Shown here one piece after another: positions 9,692 through 18,650 of a stretch of 64,000 nt of DNA (its first letter is position 1; each line of letters opens with the position of its first letter). The stretch is from Acidobacteriota bacterium. Its GTDB lineage: Bacteria > Acidobacteriota > UBA4820 > DSQY01. The notes beneath the pieces were generated by a model, which searched no databases, was not told the DNA's origin, and saw nothing but the letters and a program-made list of their open reading frames with translations. Location of the stretch: positions 64,001 through 128,000 of the forward strand of contig JBMFSH010000002.1 of the NCBI GenBank assembly GCA_049967655.1, given 5' to 3'. The position numbers were made by a program, and so were the translations under genes.

Positions 9692-11192
9692 AGCGTGCCT
9701 TGAACCGGAGAACGGCCTGCGTCAACGCGTTGGCCACCTGATCCTGAAAGGTGGAATCGGACAGCTTCTTGGCTTCGGAAGGGTTGGAGAGAAAGGCCAC
9801 CTCCACGAGGACCGCCGGCATTTGAGCCCCCTCCAGGACGACGAAGGGAGCCTGCCGCACGCCGCGGTTCTGGGTGCCCAGAAGGGTGTTGAATTCATCC
9901 TGTATGGTCTCCGCCAGGGCGGCGCTCTCCACGATGTGCGAGGTCTGCGCCAGATCCCACAGCACGAGGTTGAGCCCTCCCGCCGGGGCCGAGGAATCGG
10001 TGCCGCCGGCAGCGTTTTCCCTGTCGGCCAGCTGGCTGGCCCAGAGATCGGTGGCCTGCTTGCTCAGGTAGTACGTCTCGGTTCCATGGGCCTTGGCGGT
10101 GGGGGCGGAGTTGATGTGGATCGAGATGAAGAGGTCGGCTTGGTTGAAGTTGGCCAGGGCGGTCCTCTGCTGGAGCGGCACCGTCACGTCGGAGGTCCTC
10201 GTGAGAACCGCCTTCAACCCTTGCTTTTCCAAGTCGTTGGCGAATTTGGTGGCGATCGCGAGGGTCAGATCCTTCTCCTCCAGGCCGTCCGGCCCCAAGG
10301 CGCCGGTGTCGGCTCCGCCGTGGCCGGGATCGATGGCGATGACATCGAAGCCCTGAGTCCTGGCGGGTGGGACGTTGGGAACCCGGGCTGATCCCTGGCC
10401 GCCAGGAGGCGCGGGCTGTTGGACGGGCGGGGGCGTTGCGGGGACCGTCTGGTCTTTCCCTTTCAACAAAATGACGAGCCGTTCCGGCTTGAGCAGCCTG
10501 AGGGTCTCGAAGCGCTGAAACCCTGCTCCGAGAGCAAGCCGTAGGGAAGTACCCCGTGCGCTCAGGTTCTCGAGAATCCCCTTCCCGACCTCCCGATGCG
10601 CCTCGGCGAAGCTTCCCTTCGCCAGCATCACCACCACCTCCTGCCCCTCCTGCCTGACCTGGGCGCGCGAGAGATCGTCTCCGGTGAGCGTCACCCGGGC
10701 GAAATCTGCCCCCACGGCGAGGTCTACCCCCACTTTCTCCGTCGTGGGACCCGGCGCCGCGGCGGGAATAGGCCTGGGCGCCGAAGGCGTCTGAGGCGCA
10801 GCCGAACCCACCACCGTCACGCTCCCCCCCAGCGCCTTGGGCAAGGCGCTCGTGAGGAACTCCTCGGGCAACCACAGGCAGCCTTCGCCCTCCTTGGCCA
10901 CGTGCGAGAGGTTGATGAGATTTCCGTCGACGGAGGCTACGGGCGTCGCGGTGGAAATCAGAATCCGATGGCCCGAAAGAACGAGGACCGGATATGCCGA
11001 CACGGCGTCCCGAGTGAAAGTCCCATGGAGTGCCTCCGCCAACTGGCTCGCGCACACCCACGTGGTGCCCTCCGCGGTTCGTTGGCGGAGATTGATGGTC
11101 CCCGCCGGTGTTTTCAATTCCAACGCACCTACCGGAACCAGCCCCACGACCAGCAACAGGATGGCGCAGACCAAACGCCGCATGGGCTTCAC
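9657..11192 (-). CDS. N-acetylmuramoyl-L-alanine amidase (Amidase_3)
   Basis: Signal peptide; IDPGHGG, EKD, FISIHIN and PAVLVEVAFLSN zinc-amidase motifs; start could be ATG 11183. Confidence 0.93.
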   Translation of the reverse strand: MKPMRRLVCAILLLVVGLVPVGALELKTPAGTINLRQRTAEGTTWVCASQLAEALHGTFTRDAVSAYPVLVLSGHRILISTATPVASVDGNLINLSHVAKEGEGCLWLPEEFLTSALPKALGGSVTVVGSAAPQTPSAPRPIPAAAPGPTTEKVGVDLAVGADFARVTLTGDDLSRAQVRQEGQEVVVMLAKGSFAEAHREVGKGILENLSARGTSLRLALGAGFQRFETLRLLKPERLVILLKGKDQTVPATPPPVQQPAPPGGQGSARVPNVPPARTQGFDVIAIDPGHGGADTGALGPDGLEEKDLTLAIATKFANDLEKQGLKAVLTRTSDVTVPLQQRTALANFNQADLFISIHINSAPTAKAHGTETYYLSKQATDLWASQLADRENAAGGTDSSAPAGGLNLVLWDLAQTSHIVESAALAETIQDEFNTLLGTQNRGVRQAPFVVLEGAQMPAVLVEVAFLSNPSEAKKLSDSTFQDQVANALTQAVLRFKARYENPNPTAPTP

Positions 11193-11308
11193 CTCAAGGG
11201 AAAACCCCGCGGCGCAGCACTTCCGCGCCGGGGGAAAGAAGCGGACGCATTGTACCCCCCTACGCCTGCAACGCGCAACCGAGGTCGCTCCGAGGTCGCT
11301 CCGGCCCC

Positions 11309-11338
11309 TTGACCCCGAGGCCGCTCTGTGGGTATCCT
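11309..11338 (+). promoter_or_regulatory. putative tRNA-Gly promoter
   Basis: TTGACC-N18-TATCCT, 11 nt before the tRNA. Confidence 0.5.
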
Positions 11339-11349
11339 CTTCAACCTGG

Positions 11350-11425
11350 GCGGGCGTAGCTCAGTTGGTAGAGCGCGAGCTTCCCAAGCTTGAGGTCGCG
11401 GGTTCGAGACCCGTCGCCCGCTCCA
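11350..11425 (+). tRNA. tRNA-Gly (CCC)
   Basis: 76 nt; acceptor GCGGGCG/CGCCCGC plus TCCA; anticodon loop TTCCCAA; GGTTCGAGA T-loop. Confidence 0.97.
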
Positions 11426-11468
11426 AAGAGATTGAAACCGAGAGACAGGGAGACAGGGAAACAGGGAG

Positions 11469-11496
11469 GAAAGGCCGCCGGTCAGGCGGCCTTTTC
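11469..11496 (+). terminator. intrinsic terminator after tRNA-Gly
   Basis: AAAGGCCGCC-GGTCA-GGCGGCCTTTT. Confidence 0.8.
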
Positions 11497-11630
11497 CATG
11501 TGCAAGATCATCTCTTCATTGCCCCGGCACGGCGCCTCCCCTCCTCGAAAGAAGAGCCTCGTCCATTATCCCTCATCGATCCGTTGCATTTGCGGCGCGG
11601 GGCGCTTAGATTGCATGCCCGGGAGGATGC

Positions 11631-11981
11631 ATGCCGTTTTTCAAGAAAGAGCCTCCACCGCCGCCGCCGATGACCCGCATCGGTGCGGGAACGCGTATGG
11701 AGGGTACTCTCAAAACGCAGAAGACCGTTGAATTGCATGGCCGATTCAAGGGAAATATAGAAGCGGAGGGATGCACGCACCTCCTGGCTGGCTCTGAGTT
11801 CGAGGGCGAAATCCGAAGTGGTGAGCTGCAATGCCACTCCAAAGCCAAGGGCAAGGCCTGGGTGGCTGGCGTGGCCTCCTTTTCAGAGGGAGCGCAGTGG
11901 GAGGGGGAGCTCCGGTACAGGGCGCTGAGCGTGCGCCCCGGCGCCAGGCTGTTGGGCCGCGTGGCCCGGGAGGCCCCTTGA
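11631..11981 (+). CDS. bactofilin (polymer-forming cytoskeletal protein)
   Basis: TRIGAGTRMEGTL...ELHGRFKGNI...GA.WEGEL....SVRPGARLLG beta-helix pattern; proline-rich N-terminal tail; GGGAGG RBS. Confidence 0.8.
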   Translation: MPFFKKEPPPPPPMTRIGAGTRMEGTLKTQKTVELHGRFKGNIEAEGCTHLLAGSEFEGEIRSGELQCHSKAKGKAWVAGVASFSEGAQWEGELRYRALSVRPGARLLGRVAREAP

Positions 11982-12604
11982 TCCTTTACGCCATTACCGA
12001 TCGCCGCCTCTCTGCGGGAGGCGATCTGGTACAGCAAGCCTCCACGCTTCTCAGGGCGGGAGTGGACTGGCTCCAGGTCCGCGAAAAGGACCTGCCCGAT
12101 CGCACCCTGTTCGACGTCCTGCGGATCCTTGTCCAGGAATCCCGGCGCTTTGGGACGCGAATCCTCTTGAACGGGCGCGCGGACCTGGCCTCCGCGGCAG
12201 GGGCACACGGCGTACACCTTCCCTCCGACGGCCTGCCCACCGAGTCGGTCCGACGGGTTTTCCCCAGGCCATTCCTGGTGGTCCGCAGCTGTCACAGCGA
12301 GTCCGAGGTGATGGAGGCCTCTGCCGCCGGGGCGGACGCCGTGACCCTCGGGCCCGTCTATGAGACGCCCTCCAAGAGCACCCTCGGACGGCCCTTGGGA
12401 GTGGAGCGCTTCGCGGAGGTCTGCCGCAAGGCCCCCCTTCCCGTGCTGGCTCTGGGCGGGGTGAGCGCCCCTCGCCTCGGCGAGGTGGCCGCCGCCGGAG
12501 CCGGAGGGGTCGCGGCCATCCGCCTGTTCTGCGGCTTGTCCAACCCCTTCGTCGCCATACCGGCGCTTCGTGCCTTGGCGAAAGAGGGCGAGAAGTGCCC
12601 GTGA
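11978..12604 (+). CDS. thiE: thiamine-phosphate synthase / TenI family protein
   Basis: LYAITD, QVREKD, GVHL, RSCH, GPVYETPSK and ALGGV motifs; TTG start overlaps the bactofilin stop. Confidence 0.8.
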   Translation: MILYAITDRRLSAGGDLVQQASTLLRAGVDWLQVREKDLPDRTLFDVLRILVQESRRFGTRILLNGRADLASAAGAHGVHLPSDGLPTESVRRVFPRPFLVVRSCHSESEVMEASAAGADAVTLGPVYETPSKSTLGRPLGVERFAEVCRKAPLPVLALGGVSAPRLGEVAAAGAGGVAAIRLFCGLSNPFVAIPALRALAKEGEKCP

Positions 12605-12635
12605 GAGCCGCTAAAAACCTGGGGGCGGCAATATT

Positions 12636-12664
12636 TTGAGGCGTGTACCGTTTTGCCTTACAAT
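12636..12664 (+). promoter_or_regulatory. putative sigma70 promoter for the ccmEF operon
   Basis: TTGAGG-N17-TACAAT upstream of a GAGGAGG RBS. Confidence 0.45.
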
Positions 12665-12706
12665 GGGCCTCCGGCCCTGCCGGAGCGTACCCGAGGAGGA
12701 CTGATC

Positions 12707-13126
12707 ATGAAGGTCAAATGGACAGTGGGCCTGATCATCACGGTTGGAGCCCTTGCCCTTTTTTTCCTATCTAGCACGGGAAACAGCAAGCCGGTCTTTT
12801 ACTACAATCCCTCCCAATTCCTGGCCAACCCAAAGATCCGGGAGGACCACGTCCGGTTGAAGGGCACCATCCAGCCCGGCAGCGTCAAGATGTCCCCCGA
12901 CCGGTTGAACCTGTGGTTCAACATCACGGACGGCAAGCAGAGCATTCCGGTCCACTATTCCGGGGCCATACCCGACGCCTTCCAGCAGGGTCTCGAGGTG
13001 GTGGTGGACGGCCGGATGGATGCCAAGAACACCTTCGAGGGGCAAGAGCTGATCGTGAAATGCCCCTCCAAATATGAGTCCAAGGCCAGCGGCCCCACCG
13101 AGCCTGGTCCCAAGGAATCTTCATGA
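12707..13126 (+). CDS. ccmE: cytochrome c maturation heme chaperone CcmE (CxxxY variant)
   Basis: N-terminal TM anchor, VHYSGAIPDAF, KCPSKY; directly upstream of ccmF. Confidence 0.92.
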   Translation: MKVKWTVGLIITVGALALFFLSSTGNSKPVFYYNPSQFLANPKIREDHVRLKGTIQPGSVKMSPDRLNLWFNITDGKQSIPVHYSGAIPDAFQQGLEVVVDGRMDAKNTFEGQELIVKCPSKYESKASGPTEPGPKESS

Positions 13127-15195
13127 ATGCCCTCGGGAACTACTCCCTCTACATCGCCTTCGGGCTTTCGGTGTGGGGCATCGCCAGCGCGTACCTGAGC
13201 TACCGGAACCGGGACGAGCGGTACCTGCACAGCGCGCTTCACGCCATCTACGCCATCTGCGGCCTGGTCGTGCTGGCCATTATCCTCCTCTGGGCCGCGC
13301 TCCTGCGGAACGACTTCACGCTCAAGTACGTGTGGGAGTATTCCCGCACCACCCAGCCCGCCATCTACAAGATCACAGCGCTCTGGGGCGGCATGGACGG
13401 ATCCCTCCTCTTCTGGTGCGGCCTGCTGGCCATCTTCTCGGCCCTGGCCATCACCTTCAACCGGAAGAACAACATGAGGCACTTGCCCTTCACGAGCATG
13501 ATCCTGCTCATGACCCTGGGGTTCTTCCTCTTCCTTCTGAGCTTCAAAACCAACCCCTTTGAGCCGCTCCGCGACTCGGCGGGCATCCTGGTCTCCACCT
13601 ACACGCCCCAGATGATGCGGGGGGTGCAGGGTAACGGCCTCAATCCCCTGCTTCAAAACTTCTACATGGCCATCCACCCTCCCATGCTCTACACGGGCCT
13701 GGTGGGATTCGCGATCCCCTTCGCCTTCATCCTCGGCGCCCTCGCCCACCAAGAGCGGAACACCTTCTGGATGCGCTCCGCCCGCAACTGGGCGGTCTTC
13801 GCCTGGATGACCCTGGGCGTCGGCATCCTGCTCGGAGGCTACTGGGCTTACATCGAGCTGGGCTGGGGCGGTTACTGGGCCTGGGATCCGGTGGAGAACG
13901 CCTCCTTCCTGCCCTGGGTGATGGGGACGGCCTTCCTCCACACCTTCTTGATGCAGGAGAAGCGCGGTATTTACCGCTTCTGGAACGTCTTCTTCATCGT
14001 GATGGCCTTCCTCCTGTCCATCTACGGCACCTACCTCACCCGCTCCGGAATCCTCCAGTCGGTGCACGCCTTCGGGCAGGAGGATCCCTCCATCCCCTGG
14101 TACTTTCAGCTCGGCAACATCTTCCTGCTCTTCATGGCCATCATGGCGATCCTGAGTTTCGGCTTGATCCTCCGGAGGCGGGCGCTGTTGAAGAGCGGAC
14201 AGGAACTGGAATCGGCGGGGAGCCGGGAGAGCATGTTCCTTTACGGAAGCCTGCTTCTCGGGCTCATCGGTTTCGTAGTTCTCTTTGGATTGAGCAGCCC
14301 CATCTTCTACCGGATGGTGACCCACCACGAGCTCAATCGAGGCCCCGAGTACTACAACCCCCGAATCCTCCCTATCGCCCTCATGGTGCTCCTCGTCATG
14401 GGGATCGCCTCCGTGTCGCCCTGGAAGAAGGGCGGCTGGGCCAGCTACAAGAAGCAGCTGGCCATTCCCTTCCTGGCCGGCCTTTCGGCGCTGGCAGCCT
14501 CCCTCTTCGCCTTCCTCCGGGGTGGGCAGGCCTCGCTCGCAGACTTTCACAGCCGGCCCCTGACCTACGTCTACTTGTTCGCCTGCGTCTCCTTCTCCTT
14601 CTTCGTCTCCGCCATCATCCTGGAGGAGTACTTCCGGACCGCCCGCCAGGCCTACCGGATGGGGCGTGCCGGAAAGCTCTCCTGCCTCCTCTCCCCTTTC
14701 CGGGAGAACCCGCGACGGTATGGCGGCTACGTGGTTCACCTGGGCATCGTCTGCGTCTTCCTGGGCGTGGCCTTTTCGGCCACCTTTCAGAGGGAGTACC
14801 AGGAGACCATGAAACCCGGTGATGCGGTGCGTTTCGGGCCCTACGTGGTCCGGATGGCCGACTTGAAGCACGACGACCTGAACGCCGACCTCCAGAAGGT
14901 CAATGACGTGAGGATCTGGGCGGACCTCCAGGTCTTCCGCGGGAACAAGCTGGTGGCTCTGCTGAGGCCCATGCGCGTCTTCTACTCGGCCAACCCGCAA
15001 CAGCCCACCTACGAGGTCGCCATCCACTCCTCCCTCATGCGTGATTTCTATACCTTGCTGGCGGGATTCGACCTGAACAGCGACACCGCCACCATAGGCG
15101 CCTTCGTAAATCCAATGGTGGCGTGGCTCTGGCTGGGCGGAGTCCTCTTGCTCGTGGGCGGCCTTACCGCCCTCATTCCCATGAGGAACTGGTGA
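13123..15195 (+). CDS. ccmF: cytochrome c heme lyase CcmF
   Basis: GLNPLLQ, IHPPMLY, WGGYWAWDPVENAS (WWD domain) and SVHAF motifs; multiple TM helices. Confidence 0.97.
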   Translation: MNALGNYSLYIAFGLSVWGIASAYLSYRNRDERYLHSALHAIYAICGLVVLAIILLWAALLRNDFTLKYVWEYSRTTQPAIYKITALWGGMDGSLLFWCGLLAIFSALAITFNRKNNMRHLPFTSMILLMTLGFFLFLLSFKTNPFEPLRDSAGILVSTYTPQMMRGVQGNGLNPLLQNFYMAIHPPMLYTGLVGFAIPFAFILGALAHQERNTFWMRSARNWAVFAWMTLGVGILLGGYWAYIELGWGGYWAWDPVENASFLPWVMGTAFLHTFLMQEKRGIYRFWNVFFIVMAFLLSIYGTYLTRSGILQSVHAFGQEDPSIPWYFQLGNIFLLFMAIMAILSFGLILRRRALLKSGQELESAGSRESMFLYGSLLLGLIGFVVLFGLSSPIFYRMVTHHELNRGPEYYNPRILPIALMVLLVMGIASVSPWKKGGWASYKKQLAIPFLAGLSALAASLFAFLRGGQASLADFHSRPLTYVYLFACVSFSFFVSAIILEEYFRTARQAYRMGRAGKLSCLLSPFRENPRRYGGYVVHLGIVCVFLGVAFSATFQREYQETMKPGDAVRFGPYVVRMADLKHDDLNADLQKVNDVRIWADLQVFRGNKLVALLRPMRVFYSANPQQPTYEVAIHSSLMRDFYTLLAGFDLNSDTATIGAFVNPMVAWLWLGGVLLLVGGLTALIPMRNW

Positions 15196-15425
15196 TGGTC
15201 GGAACCCTGCTCAGCCTCGTCGTGGCCGTGGCCGCCTTCGGATGGGTCCTGTCACCCCTCTTTGGGGAACCCAAGGAGATTTCCCAGGTACGATCGTCCG
15301 ACCAGATCCAGGATGCCGTGGACCGCTCTGTGAGGGAGCTGAAAACGGATTTGGAGCTCCAGAAGATACAGGCCTCCGACCTGGAGGAGATCCAGAACTT
15401 CCTGGAGGCGGAATCCAAGCGGTAG
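15195..15425 (+). CDS. small membrane protein, possibly CcmI N-terminal-like
   Basis: TM helix ending in PL, then a coiled segment (RELKTDLELQKI); ATG overlaps the ccmF stop. Confidence 0.55.
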   Translation: MVGTLLSLVVAVAAFGWVLSPLFGEPKEISQVRSSDQIQDAVDRSVRELKTDLELQKIQASDLEEIQNFLEAESKR

Positions 15426-15439
15426 AACCGGGGGGTCCC

Positions 15440-16498
15440 ATGCAGGCCCACATCTGCTGGACTGAGCGTCGAACGCTGCGCCTCATGGACCAGCGACTCC
15501 TTCCCCTCGAGGTGCGCTTCGAGGAGTACGATCGTGCCGAGGCCGTGGCGGAAGCCATCCGGAGCATGGTCGTGCGAGGCGCCCCCGCCATAGGCGTCAC
15601 GGCGGCTTACGCCATGGCCCTATCCGCCGCCCAATCCGCGAAGGCGCGAGATCCCAGAGAGGCGCGGCGGCTGATCCTCAGGGACGCCGATCTGCTCAGG
15701 CAGGCCCGCCCCACCGCCGTGAACCTGGCCTGGGCCGTGGACCGCATGGTCCATCTGGCACAGGACCTGTCGAAGAGCGGCGCGGAAGGCGAGGAGATCG
15801 CCCAGGCCCTCGCGGACGAGGCCGTGCAGATCCACGCGGACGACATCGCCGCCTGCCGGGCCATTGGGCGCGCGGGCCTGCCCTTCGTACCCGAGGGGGC
15901 GACCATCCTCACGCACTGCAACGCCGGCGCGCTCGCCACGGGTGGATACGGGACCGCCTTGGGCGTGGTCCGAGCAGCGCACGAAGCGAGCAAGCTGGCG
16001 GGCGTCCTTGCCGACGAAACCCGCCCTTTTCTTCAGGGCGCACGCCTCACCGCCTGGGAGCTTCATGAAGACCATATTCCGGTGACCCTGCTGTGCGACA
16101 GCGCGGCCGGGGCGCTCATGGCCCAAGGCAGGGTGAGCGTGGTCGTGGTGGGAGCGGACCGCATCGCAGCCAACGGCGACACGGCCAATAAGATCGGCAC
16201 CTTCTCCCTGGCGGTTCTGGCCCGCCACCACGGGATACCCTTCCTGGTAGCAGCGCCCCGTAGTACCTTTGACCCGTCTGCTCCCGACGGCTCGGCCATT
16301 CCCATCGAACAAAGGGCGCAGAGCGAAGTACTTTCGCTGGCGGGCCGGCTCCTGGCCCCGGACGGGGTGAAGGCCGTGAACCCCGCCTTCGACGTGACGC
16401 CCCACGACCTGATTCACGCCATCCTCACGGAGGACGGCCCTATTCATCCGGTGGGCACGGAGACCGTCTCCAGGTTTCTGGCCAAGGCGCCTGCATGA
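15440..16498 (+). CDS. mtnA: S-methyl-5-thioribose-1-phosphate isomerase
   Basis: DQRLLP, VRGAPAIG, RPTAVNL, THCNAGALA, ETRP.LQGARLT, ANKIGT and NPAFDVTP motifs. Confidence 0.96.
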   Translation: MQAHICWTERRTLRLMDQRLLPLEVRFEEYDRAEAVAEAIRSMVVRGAPAIGVTAAYAMALSAAQSAKARDPREARRLILRDADLLRQARPTAVNLAWAVDRMVHLAQDLSKSGAEGEEIAQALADEAVQIHADDIAACRAIGRAGLPFVPEGATILTHCNAGALATGGYGTALGVVRAAHEASKLAGVLADETRPFLQGARLTAWELHEDHIPVTLLCDSAAGALMAQGRVSVVVVGADRIAANGDTANKIGTFSLAVLARHHGIPFLVAAPRSTFDPSAPDGSAIPIEQRAQSEVLSLAGRLLAPDGVKAVNPAFDVTPHDLIHAILTEDGPIHPVGTETVSRFLAKAPA

Positions 16499-17556
16499 GT
16501 CTGATCCTCGGCATCGAGACCTCCTGCGACGACACCTCCGCTGCCGTCCTGACGGGCGAGGGGCGCGTGTTGTCCAGCGCGGTCTCCTCCCAATTGGAGG
16601 TTCACGCTCCCTACGGCGGCGTGGTCCCCGAGCTGGCCAGCCGACATCACCTGGAGAATCTGCCGGAAACCGTGACCGCAGCCCTGGCCAAGGCCGGCGT
16701 TGAACAGGGCGATCTTTCTGCCGTGGCCGCCACCGCTGGACCTGGGCTGCTGGGAAGCCTCCTGGTCGGCCTCTCCTACGCCAAAGCCCTCGCGTGGGGG
16801 CTCGGTCTTCCGCTCTTCACCGTCAACCACGTGGAGGCGCACCTGCGCTCGCCCTGGATCGAACACCCGGATCTTCCCTATCCCGCGCTTTCTCTTGTCG
16901 TCTCGGGCGGGCACTCCCACCTGTTCTTCTGCGCCTCCCCGAGGCAGACCAGGCTCGTGGCGGGGACCAGGGACGATGCGGCGGGCGAAGCACTCGACAA
17001 GCTGGCCAAACACCTCCACCTGCCCTATCCGGGCGGACCCGTGTTGGATCGCCTCGCGCCGCGAGGAAACCCGAAGGCCGTGGCTTTCTCGCTCCCGAAA
17101 ATGAGCGCCGGTTCGTTGGACTATTCCTTTTCCGGGCTGAAAACCGCCGCCCTTCACTATCTCCGAACCCGCGCGCCAATACCGAGTGTCACCGGCGACC
17201 TTGACCGGCTGCCGGCTTGGGAGTACGACCTCATCGCCTCCTTCCAGAAGAGAGTGGTGGACCACCTGCTGCAGCGCATGAAGCAGGCCGCCCTCCTGCT
17301 GAAACCCCGCTCGCTCACCATGGCTGGCGGCGTGGCGTGCAACTCGCTGCTCCGGGCCCGCCTCCTCTCGCTGGGCGAGGAGCTGGGGCTTCCGGCCGCC
17401 TTTCCCAGCCCCGGCCTCTGCACGGACAATGCCGCCATGGTGGCCTTTCAAGCGCTGGATTTCCTGCGCTCCCGCGCGGCCGCTCCGCCCGAGGTGGACG
17501 CCTTTCCGACCGCGCGATGGCAATCCGTGGAGAGGACCGGGCGCCCCTCCTGCTGA
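16495..17556 (+). CDS. tsaD: tRNA N6-threonylcarbamoyladenosine transferase subunit TsaD
   Basis: GIETSCDDT, GGVVPELASR, NHVEAH, VSGGHS, DDAAGE and CTDNAAM motifs. Confidence 0.97.
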   Translation: MSLILGIETSCDDTSAAVLTGEGRVLSSAVSSQLEVHAPYGGVVPELASRHHLENLPETVTAALAKAGVEQGDLSAVAATAGPGLLGSLLVGLSYAKALAWGLGLPLFTVNHVEAHLRSPWIEHPDLPYPALSLVVSGGHSHLFFCASPRQTRLVAGTRDDAAGEALDKLAKHLHLPYPGGPVLDRLAPRGNPKAVAFSLPKMSAGSLDYSFSGLKTAALHYLRTRAPIPSVTGDLDRLPAWEYDLIASFQKRVVDHLLQRMKQAALLLKPRSLTMAGGVACNSLLRARLLSLGEELGLPAAFPSPGLCTDNAAMVAFQALDFLRSRAAAPPEVDAFPTARWQSVERTGRPSC

Positions 17557-17614
17557 CCCAGCCAGCACTTCAGCGCCCGCCGCCGCTCTTCCTCCGGCTC
17601 CAGGCCCATTCTGG

Positions 17615-17642
17615 TTGACACCGAACGGGAAATAGATATAAT
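17615..17642 (+). promoter_or_regulatory. consensus sigma70 promoter of tRNA-Lys
   Basis: TTGACA-N16-TATAAT, 7 nt before the tRNA. Confidence 0.85.
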
Positions 17643-17649
17643 ACCGGGC

Positions 17650-17725
17650 GGACCGCTAGCTCAATCGGTAGAGCAGCGGACTCTTAATCCGTTGGTTCGG
17701 GGTTCGAGTCCCCGGCGGTCCACCA
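17650..17725 (+). tRNA. tRNA-Lys (CTT)
   Basis: 76 nt; acceptor GGACCGC/GCGGTCC plus ACCA; anticodon loop CTCTTAA; GGTTCGAGT T-loop. Confidence 0.97.
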
Positions 17726-17916
17726 AGGGTCATCCCACAAAGAAGAGCCGGGGACGAGAAGGGCGGGAGACGGCGTAGCCCCGCCGCGAGAGCGCGAGCG
17801 AAGAGCGAGTGCGCGCAGGGGTGCGGGGCAAGCCGAGGGACCCGCCCCGGGAACCGTGGGTAGCCTCGAAACGCAGCCGCCAGTCTCCGGCGGCGGCGAG
17901 GCTTCTAGGCCGCGCA

Positions 17917-17944
17917 GGTTCGAGTACCCGGCGGTCCACCAAGG
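17917..17944 (+). repeat. direct repeat of the tRNA-Lys 3' end (att-like)
   Basis: GGTTCGAGTACCCGGCGGTCCACCAAGG vs GGTTCGAGTCCCCGGCGGTCCACCAAGG at 17701-17728; 27/28 identical. Confidence 0.9.
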
Positions 17945-18021
17945 AGAGGGAGACAGAGAGATAAGACCGCCGAGGAAGCCGGCATTTTATCTTTTATCCC
18001 CCCTCATCCGCCCGCGCCACG

Positions 18022-18050
18022 TTGCCCCGACAACGCTTTGGCGGTACAAT
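18022..18050 (+). promoter_or_regulatory. putative promoter for the lepB-DUF4388-miaA-hfq cluster
   Basis: TTGCCC-N17-TACAAT upstream of a GGAGGA RBS. Confidence 0.5.
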
Positions 18051-18071
18051 GCTTGCACTGGCGGAGGAGCC

Positions 18072-18611
18072 ATGGCTGTAAGGTCCACCCTGACTCGCAT
18101 CGGTCACGCACTCTTCACCCTCGGTCTGTCCCTCGCCCTCGCGGTCCTTTTTTTTCACTTTGTCTTTCAGCCATTCCAGGTCTCGGGGCTGAGCATGAGC
18201 CCCACCTTGAAGGATCAGGATTACCTCCTGGTGGACCGGCTTCTCACGGGCAAAGCCCACCTGCGCCGAGGCGAGATCATGGTCCTGCGGATGCCGCAGG
18301 GAGGCCCTTTCATCGTGAAGCGGCTGGTGGGGCTTCCCGGCGACTCGGTGGAGATTCGCGACGGGGTGATCCGCGTCAACGGCAAGGTCTTTCCCCCCCC
18401 TCCTGGCGGCCGGGTCGGCACCAAGGACTTCGGTCCGTTCAGGGTACCCCAGGGACATCTCTTTTTCTTGGGGGACAACGGGCCCGTTAGCCTGGACAGC
18501 AGACAGCTCGGCGCCATCCCCGTGAAAGACCTGTATGGAAGAGTGGTTCTGCGCTATCTTCCCCTTTCGCGGTGGGGCTTTATCCCAGGGGTTCCCCATG
18601 AAAGCCGGTGA
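18072..18611 (+). CDS. lepB: signal peptidase I
   Basis: SGLSMSPTL (catalytic Ser), IVKRLVGLPGD (catalytic Lys) and GDN...SLDSR motifs. Confidence 0.93.
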   Translation: MAVRSTLTRIGHALFTLGLSLALAVLFFHFVFQPFQVSGLSMSPTLKDQDYLLVDRLLTGKAHLRRGEIMVLRMPQGGPFIVKRLVGLPGDSVEIRDGVIRVNGKVFPPPPGGRVGTKDFGPFRVPQGHLFFLGDNGPVSLDSRQLGAIPVKDLYGRVVLRYLPLSRWGFIPGVPHESR

Positions 18612-18650
18612 GCGCTCTTCAAGCACACGCCGTTTGTCGCGAGGCCTCCC

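Noticed and set aside
11279..11302. 11-bp tandem repeat CCGAGGTCGCT x2 upstream of the tRNA-Gly promoter
   Set aside because: Only two copies with no spacers; not CRISPR-like and no function can be supported
12955..15027. 690-aa minus-strand ORF
   Set aside because: Antisense shadow of ccmF
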